A stretch of DNA of 64,000 nucleotides from Gemmatimonas sp. (GCA_031414535.1 JANNVQ010000037.1:1-64000), one strand, 5' to 3'. Counted from the first letter of the stretch, positions 50,247 through 59,074 are shown. Program-made: numbers and translations. Notes: generated by a model not told the origin, from the letters alone.

Positions 50247-51268
50247 TAGCGGAGCTCCACGCCGCGCAGCGGCGAGTCGGGGAATCGGCTCAAGTCGTCG
50301 GACACCACACCGGCCGTCACGGTGGGCGCAAGCGTCACGCCGTACTCGAGCACACGAATTTCGTGCTCACGAACGCTACCGAGAAACTTCCAGTGCGTGA
50401 AGAGGGAAGGGAAGACCGGCTCGCAGAGTGCTCGCGCCCGCTCCGCGTCTGCGGTCTTGATGCGGAGCATGCGTTCATATCGCGGGGCCGTCTCGATTTC
50501 GCCGTCCTCTTCCGCGAGGTCGGGATCGTTGCGCTTCCGCCGGCGCCACGCACGATCCGCCAACGCCTCCAATTGCTCAGAGGACATGGCCTTCAGGACT
50601 TCGTCGTCCATCTTGGCGATGAAGGTTCCGGTGCGGTTCGCGATTGACAGCGCCTTCTCGAGCCGCTTCTCCGCGGCTTTGCCTTCGAGAGCCATCGGGC
50701 GCCCGAAGTCGGACCACCAGAGAATCAACATCAGCAGGTTGAATCCGATGCTGATCACCCAGGCAACTGACGGTGCGACCGCGGCGGCCATGCCGACGCC
50801 AATCACCACAAAGATGCCAGCCGCGTCCTTCGAATCGTCCAAGGATGTGCGAAAGCGCACGGCCGCCACGATACCCCCAAGCGAGAAGGCCAGCGCCAGC
50901 GAGTGCTTCACCAGCACGACGATGCCCGCTGCCACCACCGGCAGAATCAGATAGGTCTGCACCACCGACTGCTGGAAGCCCTTCTTTCGCCGCGTCAGGG
51001 TGTAGATCCACGCCACCGGCAGCGCGCTCGCGAACGCGGTCAGCATTGCGATGGAAGCGGCGAGCGCCGTCGGCGTCGAGGTGGGGGCCGAGGTATCAAC
51101 CTTTGGCGCGCCCCCAACGAGATCGTTGAGGGACTCGCTCCCGAGCACGCCCCAACTCGCCGGGGCGTATCCGCGCAGCAGCCAGGTGCCTAGGCCGCAC
51201 AATGCGTAGTAGACAAGGGTCCGCGCGTAGAGATTGCGCCAGACAAAAGAACGCGTGAAGTCAGCCAT
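50246..51268 (-). CDS. DUF4956 domain membrane protein
   Basis: From ATG 51268: LAFSLGGIVAAVRFRTSLDD.KD, GVGMAAAV. Confidence 0.85.
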   Translation of the reverse strand: MADFTRSFVWRNLYARTLVYYALCGLGTWLLRGYAPASWGVLGSESLNDLVGGAPKVDTSAPTSTPTALAASIAMLTAFASALPVAWIYTLTRRKKGFQQSVVQTYLILPVVAAGIVVLVKHSLALAFSLGGIVAAVRFRTSLDDSKDAAGIFVVIGVGMAAAVAPSVAWVISIGFNLLMLILWWSDFGRPMALEGKAAEKRLEKALSIANRTGTFIAKMDDEVLKAMSSEQLEALADRAWRRRKRNDPDLAEEDGEIETAPRYERMLRIKTADAERARALCEPVFPSLFTHWKFLGSVREHEIRVLEYGVTLAPTVTAGVVSDDLSRFPDSPLRGVELR

Positions 51269-51321
51269 CGTGTTGGTTGGAGGTGTGACCGCCACGAAAC
51301 TGTGGCGGATTGCCCCACATA

Positions 51322-51356
51322 GCAACTGCACCTCGCAACTGCACCTCGCAACTGCA
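51322..51356. repeat. 13-bp tandem repeat (GCAACTGCACCTC x2.7)
   Basis: 51322-34, 51335-47 and partial 51348-56, in a divergent intergenic region. Confidence 0.9.
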
Positions 51357-51396
51357 AGGGGGTATTTTAAAGCCGAATCCTCTTGTCGAGAGTCCG

Positions 51397-53049
51397 ATGT
51401 TCAAGAATTGCCTATCCCTGGGTCTGTCGCTCTTGCTGGTGGGAGCCTCCTCAGCCTGCGCTCAGACGCGTCCCGCCGTGCCGCCGGGCGCATCCGCCAC
51501 CAACGCCGCTCCCGCTCCTCAGGGGCCTCGTCCGCGGCTCGTGGTCCTGATTACGGTCGATCAACTGCGGCCGGACTACCTCGAGCGCTGGCGTTCGCAG
51601 CTCACCGGCGGCTTCCGGATGCTCGTCGAGGAGGGCCATGTCTTCACCCAGGCGGTCCAAGACCACGCCATTACGGAAACGGCGCCGGGACACGCCTCGA
51701 CGCTCTCCGGGCGCTTTCCGTACAGCACCGGCATCGCCAGCAACTCGGCCGGCGTCAATACACCGGACGCCCCACTCGTGGACAGCGAAGGCATCGGCGC
51801 CTCACCGTTTCGCTTTCTCGGCACCACACTCGCCGATTGGATGACCGCCGCCGACCCGACCACGCGTGTTCTTTCCGTATCGCGGAAGGATCGCGGCGCC
51901 ATCCTGCCCATCGGAGCGGGCAAGCGCGACGTGTACTGGTATGCGCAGCGCTCGGGGAAATTCACCACCAGCACCTATTATCGCGATGCCCTTCCGGCTT
52001 GGGTGCAGGCATTCAATGCCGAGGACCAAGCGGGCACGCGCTACGCCGGCCAGCGGTGGACGCCTCTTTTGCCGCTCTCCCAGTACCCGGAGCCCGATTC
52101 CGTTCCCCAAGAGAGCGCTGGCCAGGGCATTATGTTTCCGCACGAGCTTCCGGCCGATGTCGAGCTCGCGCGTAATCAGATTCTTGGCTTCCCATGGATG
52201 GATCAGATGACGCTCGACCTCGCGTGGCGCGGCGTCCGTGAGATGAGCCTCGGCGCACGTGACGGCCACACCGACTTGCTAGCTGTGTCGCTGTCGAGCA
52301 CCGATGCCGTCGGGCATCGCTGGGGGCCCGATTCACGCGAGTTGCACGATCAAGTCCTGCGCGTGGACCGCATGCTCGGCGTGTTTTTGGACTCGCTCTT
52401 CGCACTGCGTGGACGTAACAACGTCGTGATCGCGCTCACGGCCGATCATGGCGTTGCGCCGATTCCCGAACTGAGGTCCAGCTGGGGCGACAACACGGGA
52501 GCGCAGCGCGTGAGCAGTCGCGACATCTCGGCTGCGATCAACGCCGTCTCGCCCCTGTTACTACGGTACGACATTCCGCCTGAGGCCATCGCGCTCGATT
52601 GGCCCGTGCTGGAGGTGGACCGCAGTCTCGTCGCCGGTAAGGAACGCGGGCTGCGTGAAGTGGCGCGTGCGTTCGCGCGTGAAGCACGTCGCGTTCCGGG
52701 CATCGCTCGTGTAGACCTCATTGAGGATCTCGCTCGCGCCGATACCACGCGCGATGTTATTGCACGGCGCTGGTTGCACATGTTCCGTCCCGGAGGGAAC
52801 GCCCTGGCGGGCATCACCATTGAACCGTTCTGGTATTTCGGCGGCGGCATCGCCACCCACGGCACGCCGCACGATTACGACGCCCGGGTGCCAGTGACCT
52901 TCTGGGGTGCTGCGTTCAGTTCTGCGTCCGATTCCACGAAGGCCCGTGTTGTAGATATCGCTCCAACCTTCGCGCACCTCCTCGGCATTACGCCAAGCGA
53001 GAAGCTCGACGGTGTAGTACTCTCCCGCGCCTTTAAGCCTACCCCGTAG
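51397..53049 (+). CDS. Alkaline phosphatase superfamily protein, PafA-like
   Basis: Signal peptide; TVDQLRPDY, TETAPGH (Thr nucleophile), SRKDRGA, DAVGH, TADHG, THG. Confidence 0.9.
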   Translation: MFKNCLSLGLSLLLVGASSACAQTRPAVPPGASATNAAPAPQGPRPRLVVLITVDQLRPDYLERWRSQLTGGFRMLVEEGHVFTQAVQDHAITETAPGHASTLSGRFPYSTGIASNSAGVNTPDAPLVDSEGIGASPFRFLGTTLADWMTAADPTTRVLSVSRKDRGAILPIGAGKRDVYWYAQRSGKFTTSTYYRDALPAWVQAFNAEDQAGTRYAGQRWTPLLPLSQYPEPDSVPQESAGQGIMFPHELPADVELARNQILGFPWMDQMTLDLAWRGVREMSLGARDGHTDLLAVSLSSTDAVGHRWGPDSRELHDQVLRVDRMLGVFLDSLFALRGRNNVVIALTADHGVAPIPELRSSWGDNTGAQRVSSRDISAAINAVSPLLLRYDIPPEAIALDWPVLEVDRSLVAGKERGLREVARAFAREARRVPGIARVDLIEDLARADTTRDVIARRWLHMFRPGGNALAGITIEPFWYFGGGIATHGTPHDYDARVPVTFWGAAFSSASDSTKARVVDIAPTFAHLLGITPSEKLDGVVLSRAFKPTP

Positions 53050-53118
53050 TTGAATTGTTCTCCGGCGTCAGATTCTAGCATCCGACTCCCTCCTGTTGGC
53101 TTCCGTCATCCGTCCCCA

Positions 53119-54339
53119 ATGCACGACTCGCTCTATTTCGAAGAACACCACCTCGCCACCCGTGAGATGGTCCGCGCTTTCGCCCAAGAGGAAGTCGCGC
53201 CGGTCGCTCGTCATTTTGACGACAGCCAAGAGTTTCCGTGGGAGAACGTCAAGAAGATGGCCGACCTCGGCCTGCTCGGTATCCCGTGGAGCGAAGAGCT
53301 TGGCGGCTCGGGCTTGGATACGATTTCCTTCATGATTGCGATTGAGGAATTGGCGCGCGTCTGCGCCTCCCACTCCATCACCATCTCCGCGCACACGACG
53401 CTCGGCACTTCGCCCATCATCAGCTTCGGCAGCAAGGAACAGATTGAGCGCTTCGTGCCCAAGCTCGCATCGGGCAGGATTCTTGGCGGCTTCGGGCTCA
53501 CCGAGCCCAATGCGGGTTCGGATGCAGGCGGCACGCAGTCTCGCGCCGTCAAGCAGGGCAACAAGTACATCCTCAACGGCACTAAGCGCTTCATCACACA
53601 CGGCGGTGTAGGCGAAGTCTTTGTGGTAACCGCAGTCACGGACCCCAGCAAGGGAACCAAGGGCATCTCCAGCTTCATCCTTACCAAGGAGACCTGCGAC
53701 CTCGAGGCTGCCGCCAAGGCTGGGATGGGCCATGATCCCGAGTTCAAGCCGATGAAGGGCTTCCGCTCCGGCAAGAAGGAGGACAAGCTCGGCTGGCGCG
53801 CCTCCGACACGCGCGAGCTCATCTTCGAGGACGTCGAAGTCCCCGAGGAGAACTTGTTGGGTGCAGAGGGTCGCGGCTTCATCAACTTCATGAAGACACT
53901 CGACGCCGGCCGCGTTGGCATCGCCGCACTCTCATTGGGAGTCGCGCAGGGAGCCTTTGACGAGGCCGTGAAGTACACGAGCGAGCGCCGGCAGTTCGGT
54001 AAGCGCATCGCCGAGTTCCAGGGCGTGCACTTCCAGCTCTCGGATATGGCCACCGAGCTCGAAGCCGCGCGGCATCTGGTGTACCACGCCGCCTGGCTCA
54101 GCCAGAACGGCCACGAGTTTGGTAAGGAAGCCGCGATGGCCAAGCTCTTTGCCAGCGAGCTCGCCATGCGCAACACCATCAAGGCCATCCAGCTCCACGG
54201 CGGCTACGGCTACACCAAGGACTATCCGGTGGAGCGTTTCATGCGCGACGCCAAAATCGGCGAGATCGGCGAGGGGACATCTGAGGTGCAGCGCATGGTG
54301 ATCGCGCGGCACCTGATAGCCGGATTGGGACGCGAGTAG
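53119..54339 (+). CDS. Acyl-CoA dehydrogenase
   Basis: FGLTEPNAGSD, LNGTKRFIT, KLGWRAS, RRQFG, QLHGGYGY, GEGTSEVQR. Confidence 0.95.
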   Translation: MHDSLYFEEHHLATREMVRAFAQEEVAPVARHFDDSQEFPWENVKKMADLGLLGIPWSEELGGSGLDTISFMIAIEELARVCASHSITISAHTTLGTSPIISFGSKEQIERFVPKLASGRILGGFGLTEPNAGSDAGGTQSRAVKQGNKYILNGTKRFITHGGVGEVFVVTAVTDPSKGTKGISSFILTKETCDLEAAAKAGMGHDPEFKPMKGFRSGKKEDKLGWRASDTRELIFEDVEVPEENLLGAEGRGFINFMKTLDAGRVGIAALSLGVAQGAFDEAVKYTSERRQFGKRIAEFQGVHFQLSDMATELEAARHLVYHAAWLSQNGHEFGKEAAMAKLFASELAMRNTIKAIQLHGGYGYTKDYPVERFMRDAKIGEIGEGTSEVQRMVIARHLIAGLGRE

Positions 54340-54348
54340 CCGGGCCGC

Positions 54349-54532
54349 GCGAGGAGCGAAGAGCGATAACCAAGAGCGAAGATTCAAGACCGAAGATTCA
54401 AAAGCGAGCCCGAAAAGCGAGTCGGGAAGGGGCGAAGGCAGAAGTGCAAATTGGTGCTTCTCCTTCATCCCTTCTTACCTTCGTCCCTCTCGCTTCGCTT
54501 TTCGCTCTTCAACTTCGCTCTTCGCTCCTCGC
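54349..54532. repeat. Long imperfect inverted repeat built of GAGCGAA/TTCGCTC-type heptamers
   Basis: 54349-66 is the exact reverse complement of 54515-32; purine-rich left arm and pyrimidine-rich right arm. Confidence 0.8.
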
Positions 54533-54796
54533 TCTTCGCCAGGGCTCTGGCTTGCGCCGAGTCAGCCAAACCCCCACCATTCATCTACTTACTGGGCCCT
54601 CCGGGGCCCTTGTCGCATCCGGGCCGCTATGGCCCAACCCCCGAGCTCCACACGCCCCTGATGCTGGATCGCACGCCGCCCCGACTTTTCCTGGCCATCC
54701 CGAACGCCCTCCCTGGGCGTGCCGCGGTTGTGTGCCGGGCGGATGTCGCGTGGTCGATCCTGTGTGGTGCCGGGAGTACACACTCCTTTGGACCCT

Positions 54797-56470
54797 ATGA
54801 AGCGCGAGATCCTAATCAGCGCGACGCAGCGAGAAATTCGCGTCGCGATTCTCGAGGACGAACAGCTCGTTGAATTGCAGGTAGACCGTCCCGAAAACAA
54901 GCGGATGGTCGGTGACATTTACCTCGGCAAAGTTGATGCGGTCCAGCCAGGACTGCAGGCCGCGTTTGTGTCTATCGGCACCGAAAAGTCTGCGTTTCTT
55001 CATAACTCCGACCTCGCCTACGACGAGGAGGGGGATGATGACGACGACGATGACGAAGATGGCGGCGACGATGAGCCGGATTCGTCAGACGCGGATGCGG
55101 CCGAGTCTGCAGCCGAAGGCGAGGGCACCCCAGAGGGCAAAGACGGAAAGGACGGCGAGAAGCCCAAGGGTGGGCGTGGTCGGGGCGGGCGCGGGGGTGG
55201 ACGTCGCCGCCGCAAGGAGCCGCCGCAGATTCAGGATGTCCTCAAGCGCGGCCAGTCCGTCATCGTACAGGTCAGCAAGGAACCCATTTCCACGAAGGGG
55301 CCTCGCGTCACGGCTCAGGTGTCACTGGCGGGGCGTTTTCTCGTGTACATGCCCTTTGCCGCGCGCCGCGTAGGCGTATCCCGGAAGATTGGTGAGCGCG
55401 CCCAACGCCAAAAGCTGCGTGCGCTCGTGGAAGGTGTGTTGCCCGCGGATGCCGGCGGCGTCATCGTCCGCACGGTCTCCGAGGGTGTCACCCAAGAGAC
55501 GGTCCAGCGCGAGCTTGACACGCTGATTCAGCAGTGGAACCGCATCTTTAAGAAGCAGAAGTTTGTGGGGAATCCGCCCAAGCTCCTGCATCGTGAGACC
55601 TCGCTGACTCGCGGCATCATCCGCGACCTTTTTTCCACCAAGGTGGACCGCCTCACGGTGGACTCGAAGCAGGTCTACAACGAGATCGTCGAGTACCTGA
55701 AGGGCATCGCGCCCGAACTCATTGACCGCGTCGAACTCTACGAAGGCCAGATCGGCCTCTTCGACAAGGAGAAGATTGAGTCGGAGATCCGCGACCTCTT
55801 CAAGCGTCGCTGCGATCTCCCGAGCGGTGGGTATCTGATTATCGAGCCCACGGAGGCCCTGGTCTCCATTGACGTGAACTCGGGCCGCTACACCGGTAAG
55901 AAGGACCCCGAAAAGACGGTGACCAAGACCAACGTGGAGGCCGCGCGCGAGATTGCGCGTCAGCTGCGCCTGCGTGACGTTGGCGGCATCATTGTCTGTG
56001 ACTTCATTGACATGGAGACCAAGGCCAACCGCGACCGCGTGTTGCAGGAGCTGCGCCAGCACCTCGGACGTGACCGCGCTCGCACCAAGGCCTACGCCGT
56101 CAGCGATCTCGGACTAATTGAGATGACGCGGCAACGGGTGCGCCAGAGCCACTTCCACGCCATGACCGAGGCCTGCCCCATCTGTAACGGCACCGGCCGC
56201 GTCTTCACGGCGGAGACCATCGTTCGGCGAATGGAACGGGCCGTGAAGCGGCTCGCTAACGAGGGTCGCCGAGAGAGCATCATCGTGAAGCTCTACCCTG
56301 AGACGGCTATTTACGTGCTCGAGCAGGAGAAGGAGCTCATGAAGCGCCTGGAGAAGTCCGTTGGGTTCTCCATTGAGATGCGGGACGACCCGTTGTTGAA
56401 ACCGGACGAGTTCAAGCTGCTGGTGAAGGGGGCGGGACGGGACATTACGGCGCAGTACGCGGTAGCCTAA
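54797..56470 (+). CDS. Rne/Rng family ribonuclease (RNase E/G)
   Basis: From ATG 54797: GDIYLGKV, AAFV, KEPISTKGPRVT, IDVNSG, DFIDM, CPICNGTG. Confidence 0.95.
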   Translation: MKREILISATQREIRVAILEDEQLVELQVDRPENKRMVGDIYLGKVDAVQPGLQAAFVSIGTEKSAFLHNSDLAYDEEGDDDDDDDEDGGDDEPDSSDADAAESAAEGEGTPEGKDGKDGEKPKGGRGRGGRGGGRRRRKEPPQIQDVLKRGQSVIVQVSKEPISTKGPRVTAQVSLAGRFLVYMPFAARRVGVSRKIGERAQRQKLRALVEGVLPADAGGVIVRTVSEGVTQETVQRELDTLIQQWNRIFKKQKFVGNPPKLLHRETSLTRGIIRDLFSTKVDRLTVDSKQVYNEIVEYLKGIAPELIDRVELYEGQIGLFDKEKIESEIRDLFKRRCDLPSGGYLIIEPTEALVSIDVNSGRYTGKKDPEKTVTKTNVEAAREIARQLRLRDVGGIIVCDFIDMETKANRDRVLQELRQHLGRDRARTKAYAVSDLGLIEMTRQRVRQSHFHAMTEACPICNGTGRVFTAETIVRRMERAVKRLANEGRRESIIVKLYPETAIYVLEQEKELMKRLEKSVGFSIEMRDDPLLKPDEFKLLVKGAGRDITAQYAVA

Positions 56471-56547
56471 CTGGACGGACGACGGAAGCCGGATGCCGTG
56501 AGCATCTGTCATCCGACATCCGTCCCAAGTCCTCTATTCACAGGGAC

Positions 56548-56576
56548 TTGACCCACGCCCGTTCCCCTGATATTCT
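56548..56576 (+). promoter_or_regulatory. Putative sigma70 promoter of rplU-rpmA
   Basis: TTGACC, 17 bp, TATTCT, with extended -10 TG. Confidence 0.7.
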
Positions 56577-56612
56577 TCTAGGCTCGCATCAAACTTTCTC
56601 GTAGAGTCTCCT

Positions 56613-56930
56613 ATGTCGTACGCCATCTTCCGCTCCGGCGGTAAGCAGTTCCGTGCCGAAAAGGGCACCACGCTCCGTCTGCCCACCCTTCCGGGTGACG
56701 CTGGCGCGACCGTTGAATTCAATGATGTCCTCCTCGGCTCTGACGGCAACAACGTCAAGGTCGGCGTGCCCACGCTGAAGGGCGCCACGGTCACCGCGGA
56801 AATCGTCAAGCACGGCCTCGGAGACAAGATCATCGTCTTCAAGTTCAAGCGTCGTAAGAACTACTCCAAGAAGCAGGGTCACCGTCAGGGCTTCACCGAA
56901 GTCCGCATTCGCGACATCACCCTCGGCTAA
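56613..56930 (+). CDS. rplU: 50S ribosomal protein L21
   Basis: [22 protein letters not shown]. Confidence 0.98.
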   Translation: MSYAIFRSGGKQFRAEKGTTLRLPTLPGDAGATVEFNDVLLGSDGNNVKVGVPTLKGATVTAEIVKHGLGDKIIVFKFKRRKNYSKKQGHRQGFTEVRIRDITLG

Positions 56931-56948
56931 CCGGGGAGAGAGGATACA

Positions 56949-57218
56949 ATGGCACATAAGAAAGGCGTAGGCTCCTCCCGTAACGGCCGCGACTCCAATC
57001 CGCAGTATCGCGGCGTCAAAAAGTACGGTGGCGAGAAGGTCATCCCGGGGAACATCATCGTCCGCCAGTGCGGCACGAAGTGGCACCCCGGCAACAACGT
57101 CGGCCTCGGCACGGACTATACCATCTACGCGCTCATCGAGGGCGTGGTGAAGTTCGAGCACAAGTCCAAGACCCGCTTCAAGGTCTCGGTGTACCCGGCC
57201 GCCCAGGCGACCGCGTAA
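56949..57218 (+). CDS. rpmA: 50S ribosomal protein L27
   Basis: [16 protein letters not shown]. Confidence 0.98.
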   Translation: MAHKKGVGSSRNGRDSNPQYRGVKKYGGEKVIPGNIIVRQCGTKWHPGNNVGLGTDYTIYALIEGVVKFEHKSKTRFKVSVYPAAQATA

Positions 57219-57239
57219 AACGCTCGGTGCTAGAAGCAC

Positions 57240-57275
57240 AAACGCTCCGGCCATTTGGTCGGAGCGTTTTTCTTT
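57240..57275 (+). terminator. Rho-independent terminator of rplU-rpmA
   Basis: AAACGCTCCGGCC-ATTT-GGTCGGAGCGTTT followed by TTCTTT. Confidence 0.88.
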
Positions 57276-57303
57276 GGTGTCGCTGTGTGAGCGTTGGACT
57301 GCA

Positions 57304-57447
57304 TTCACCACGGAGGCACGGAGTCTCGGAGAAATGCAGTAGCAATCAGGAGCAGTTAGGGGGTCCGCATCCGATATGTCGGTGCGGACCCCCTAAAGTA
57401 ATTGCTTCCGTTCGCCCTTCTCCGTGGCTCCGTGCCTCCGTGGTGAA
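57304..57447. repeat. Nested inverted-repeat element (REP/MITE-like)
   Basis: Perfect 20-bp outer IR TTCACCACGGAGGCACGGAG (57304-23 / 57428-47) enclosing a perfect 14-bp IR TTAGGGGGTCCGCA (57356-69 / 57383-96). Confidence 0.85.
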
Positions 57448-57451
57448 GCCG

Positions 57452-57778
57452 TTAGCCGTTCGATGTAGAGCCAGCAGAAGCCGGCGGATCCGACGGTGGC
57501 GAATCTTTATGAAGGACCTTTGCCAAATCCGTCTCGAGCATCTTCGCTTCAGCCTCATACTTGGCAAGCGCCGCATGCAAATTGTCGAGAGTCTCGGCGG
57601 CCAACTCGGTGTTGTCGCGCTTGGCGCGAGCCATCGCATAGCCCAACGATTGGGCCGCCTTGTCCGCCTGCTGACGGACGCGAAACAGCTCAATGCGAAT
57701 CTTACCTTCGTCGAGTGCGCCCTTCGCCGCAGTGCCGGCTTTGTCGAGCTCGGCCTGCACTTTCTCCCAGATTCCCAT
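57452..57778 (-). CDS. Hypothetical coiled-coil protein
   Basis: AGGAGG SD; helical, coding-like composition. Confidence 0.8.
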   Translation of the reverse strand: MGIWEKVQAELDKAGTAAKGALDEGKIRIELFRVRQQADKAAQSLGYAMARAKRDNTELAAETLDNLHAALAKYEAEAKMLETDLAKVLHKDSPPSDPPASAGSTSNG

Positions 57779-57799
57779 TAGAACCTCCTGATGTTGGTT

Positions 57800-57826
57800 C
57801 TACGCGGCGACGTGGGGATAGTTTCG
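57800..57826 (-). promoter_or_regulatory. Putative ECF sigma promoter CGAAAC-N16-CGTAG
   Basis: Upstream of 57778; matches the motif at 41317-41344. Confidence 0.6.
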
Positions 57827-57845
57827 TGAGCGGCGACGAGCGCGC

Positions 57846-58472
57846 TTACGCCCCGACAACCCGACGGGCGAGCGCGACATCATCCGTGCAGAGCGCGTCT
57901 ACGCCCATCGCGGCGAAACGCTCCATTTGCGCGGCGTCGTTCACCGTCCAAGCAATGATACGGCAGTTGGCTGCCTTCGCTTCCGCCACCAAATCCGCAT
58001 CAATAAACGGCCAGTGCCGCCAGAGATCCCTAGCCCCGACGCTGCGCAGGGCATGCAGGCGGTCCACGGGATAGCTAATCTCGAGTACCCCGCGCGGGAC
58101 GTTGGGGGCTAAGAGACGCGCCTCGGCGACTTGGCGGTGATCGAAGGCGTGCACTCCGCCCTCCAAACCGGCGGCGGCCAAGGCCGCCACCGTCCCAGGC
58201 GCGGTTCCAGGACCCTTGAGCTCGACGTAGGCCACTAGCCCCAACTCACGGTGGAGGGCCAACGTGTCGTTGAGGGTAGGCATCCCTTCGGGGACCGCCA
58301 CTCCCGGCCCCAACGCGTCGTGGTGCACCCGAATGACCCCATCGGGGTGCGAATAGACGTCAAACTCACAGCCGTCGGCACCGAGTTCGGCGGCTCGGCG
58401 GAAGGCCGCTAAGGTGTTTTCGGGACGCTCGCGCGAAGCGCCGCGGTGGGCGATGATTTCTGGGCGGGGCAC
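57846..58472 (-). CDS. Glycerophosphodiester phosphodiesterase family protein
   Basis: IIAHRGAS..PENTLAAF, EFDV, HHD, VELK, AWTVN, TDD. Confidence 0.93.
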   Translation of the reverse strand: MPRPEIIAHRGASRERPENTLAAFRRAAELGADGCEFDVYSHPDGVIRVHHDALGPGVAVPEGMPTLNDTLALHRELGLVAYVELKGPGTAPGTVAALAAAGLEGGVHAFDHRQVAEARLLAPNVPRGVLEISYPVDRLHALRSVGARDLWRHWPFIDADLVAEAKAANCRIIAWTVNDAAQMERFAAMGVDALCTDDVALARRVVGA

Positions 58473-58480
58473 GGCGATAG

Positions 58481-58506
58481 TTTAACGTCTGTTCGCCCGC
58501 GCCGTC
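58481..58506 (+). promoter_or_regulatory. Putative autoregulatory ECF promoter TTTAAC-N16-CGTC
   Basis: AAC/CGT ECF geometry ending 13 nt upstream of the sigma factor ATG. Confidence 0.5.
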
Positions 58507-58519
58507 TGACTTCTTGAGA

Positions 58520-59074
58520 ATGCCTTTGACCGCTCAGAGCCTCCCCGCGACCGACACGGAGTTGATCGCCCGATGGCAATCGGGCGATCAGCGGGCGGCA
58601 GCCTTGTTGGTGGAGCGCCACGCGACCCCATTGGCGCGCTTTGCGGCGAGCCTCGGGGTGCACGATGAAGTGGACGAGTTGGTGCAAGACACGTTCGTGC
58701 GGGCCTTTCAGTCGCTCGACACGTTTCGCGCCGACAGTCAGCTGCGGACGTGGCTTTTCACCATCTGCAAACGACTGCTGCTCGATCGCCGACGAGCTGA
58801 GCGTAGGCGAAGGGACGTCGCCGAGGTGGACGAACGTGATGCGGCCACCGAGTACGACGCACTCGATGTGATGGTTGGGGATGAGTTGGCAGAGCGGCTG
58901 CGGAACGCCGTGAATGGATTGACCGCCTTGCAACGCGAAGTCTTCTCGCTGCGGGTGAACGAAGGGATGGCCTACTCGGATATCGCTTCACTGGTTGGAA
59001 GCACGGAAGGCGCGTGCCGAGTGCATTACCACAACGCCCTCAAGGCGATTAAGGAGCAGGTGCATAATGACTGA
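58520..59074 (+). CDS. ECF RNA polymerase sigma factor
   Basis: DELVQDTFVRAF, TWLFTI, region 4 GMAYSDIA..GST. Confidence 0.93.
   Translation: MPLTAQSLPATDTELIARWQSGDQRAAALLVERHATPLARFAASLGVHDEVDELVQDTFVRAFQSLDTFRADSQLRTWLFTICKRLLLDRRRAERRRRDVAEVDERDAATEYDALDVMVGDELAERLRNAVNGLTALQREVFSLRVNEGMAYSDIASLVGSTEGACRVHYHNALKAIKEQVHND

Noticed and set aside
51322..51356. Pho box interpretation of the tandem repeat
   Set aside because: Period is 13 bp, not 11, and the unit does not resemble CTGTCAT.
54444..54873. ORFs 54444-54800 and 54451-54873
   Set aside because: Low-complexity translations of the pyrimidine-rich repeat arm and leader; they overlap the RNase E/G start.
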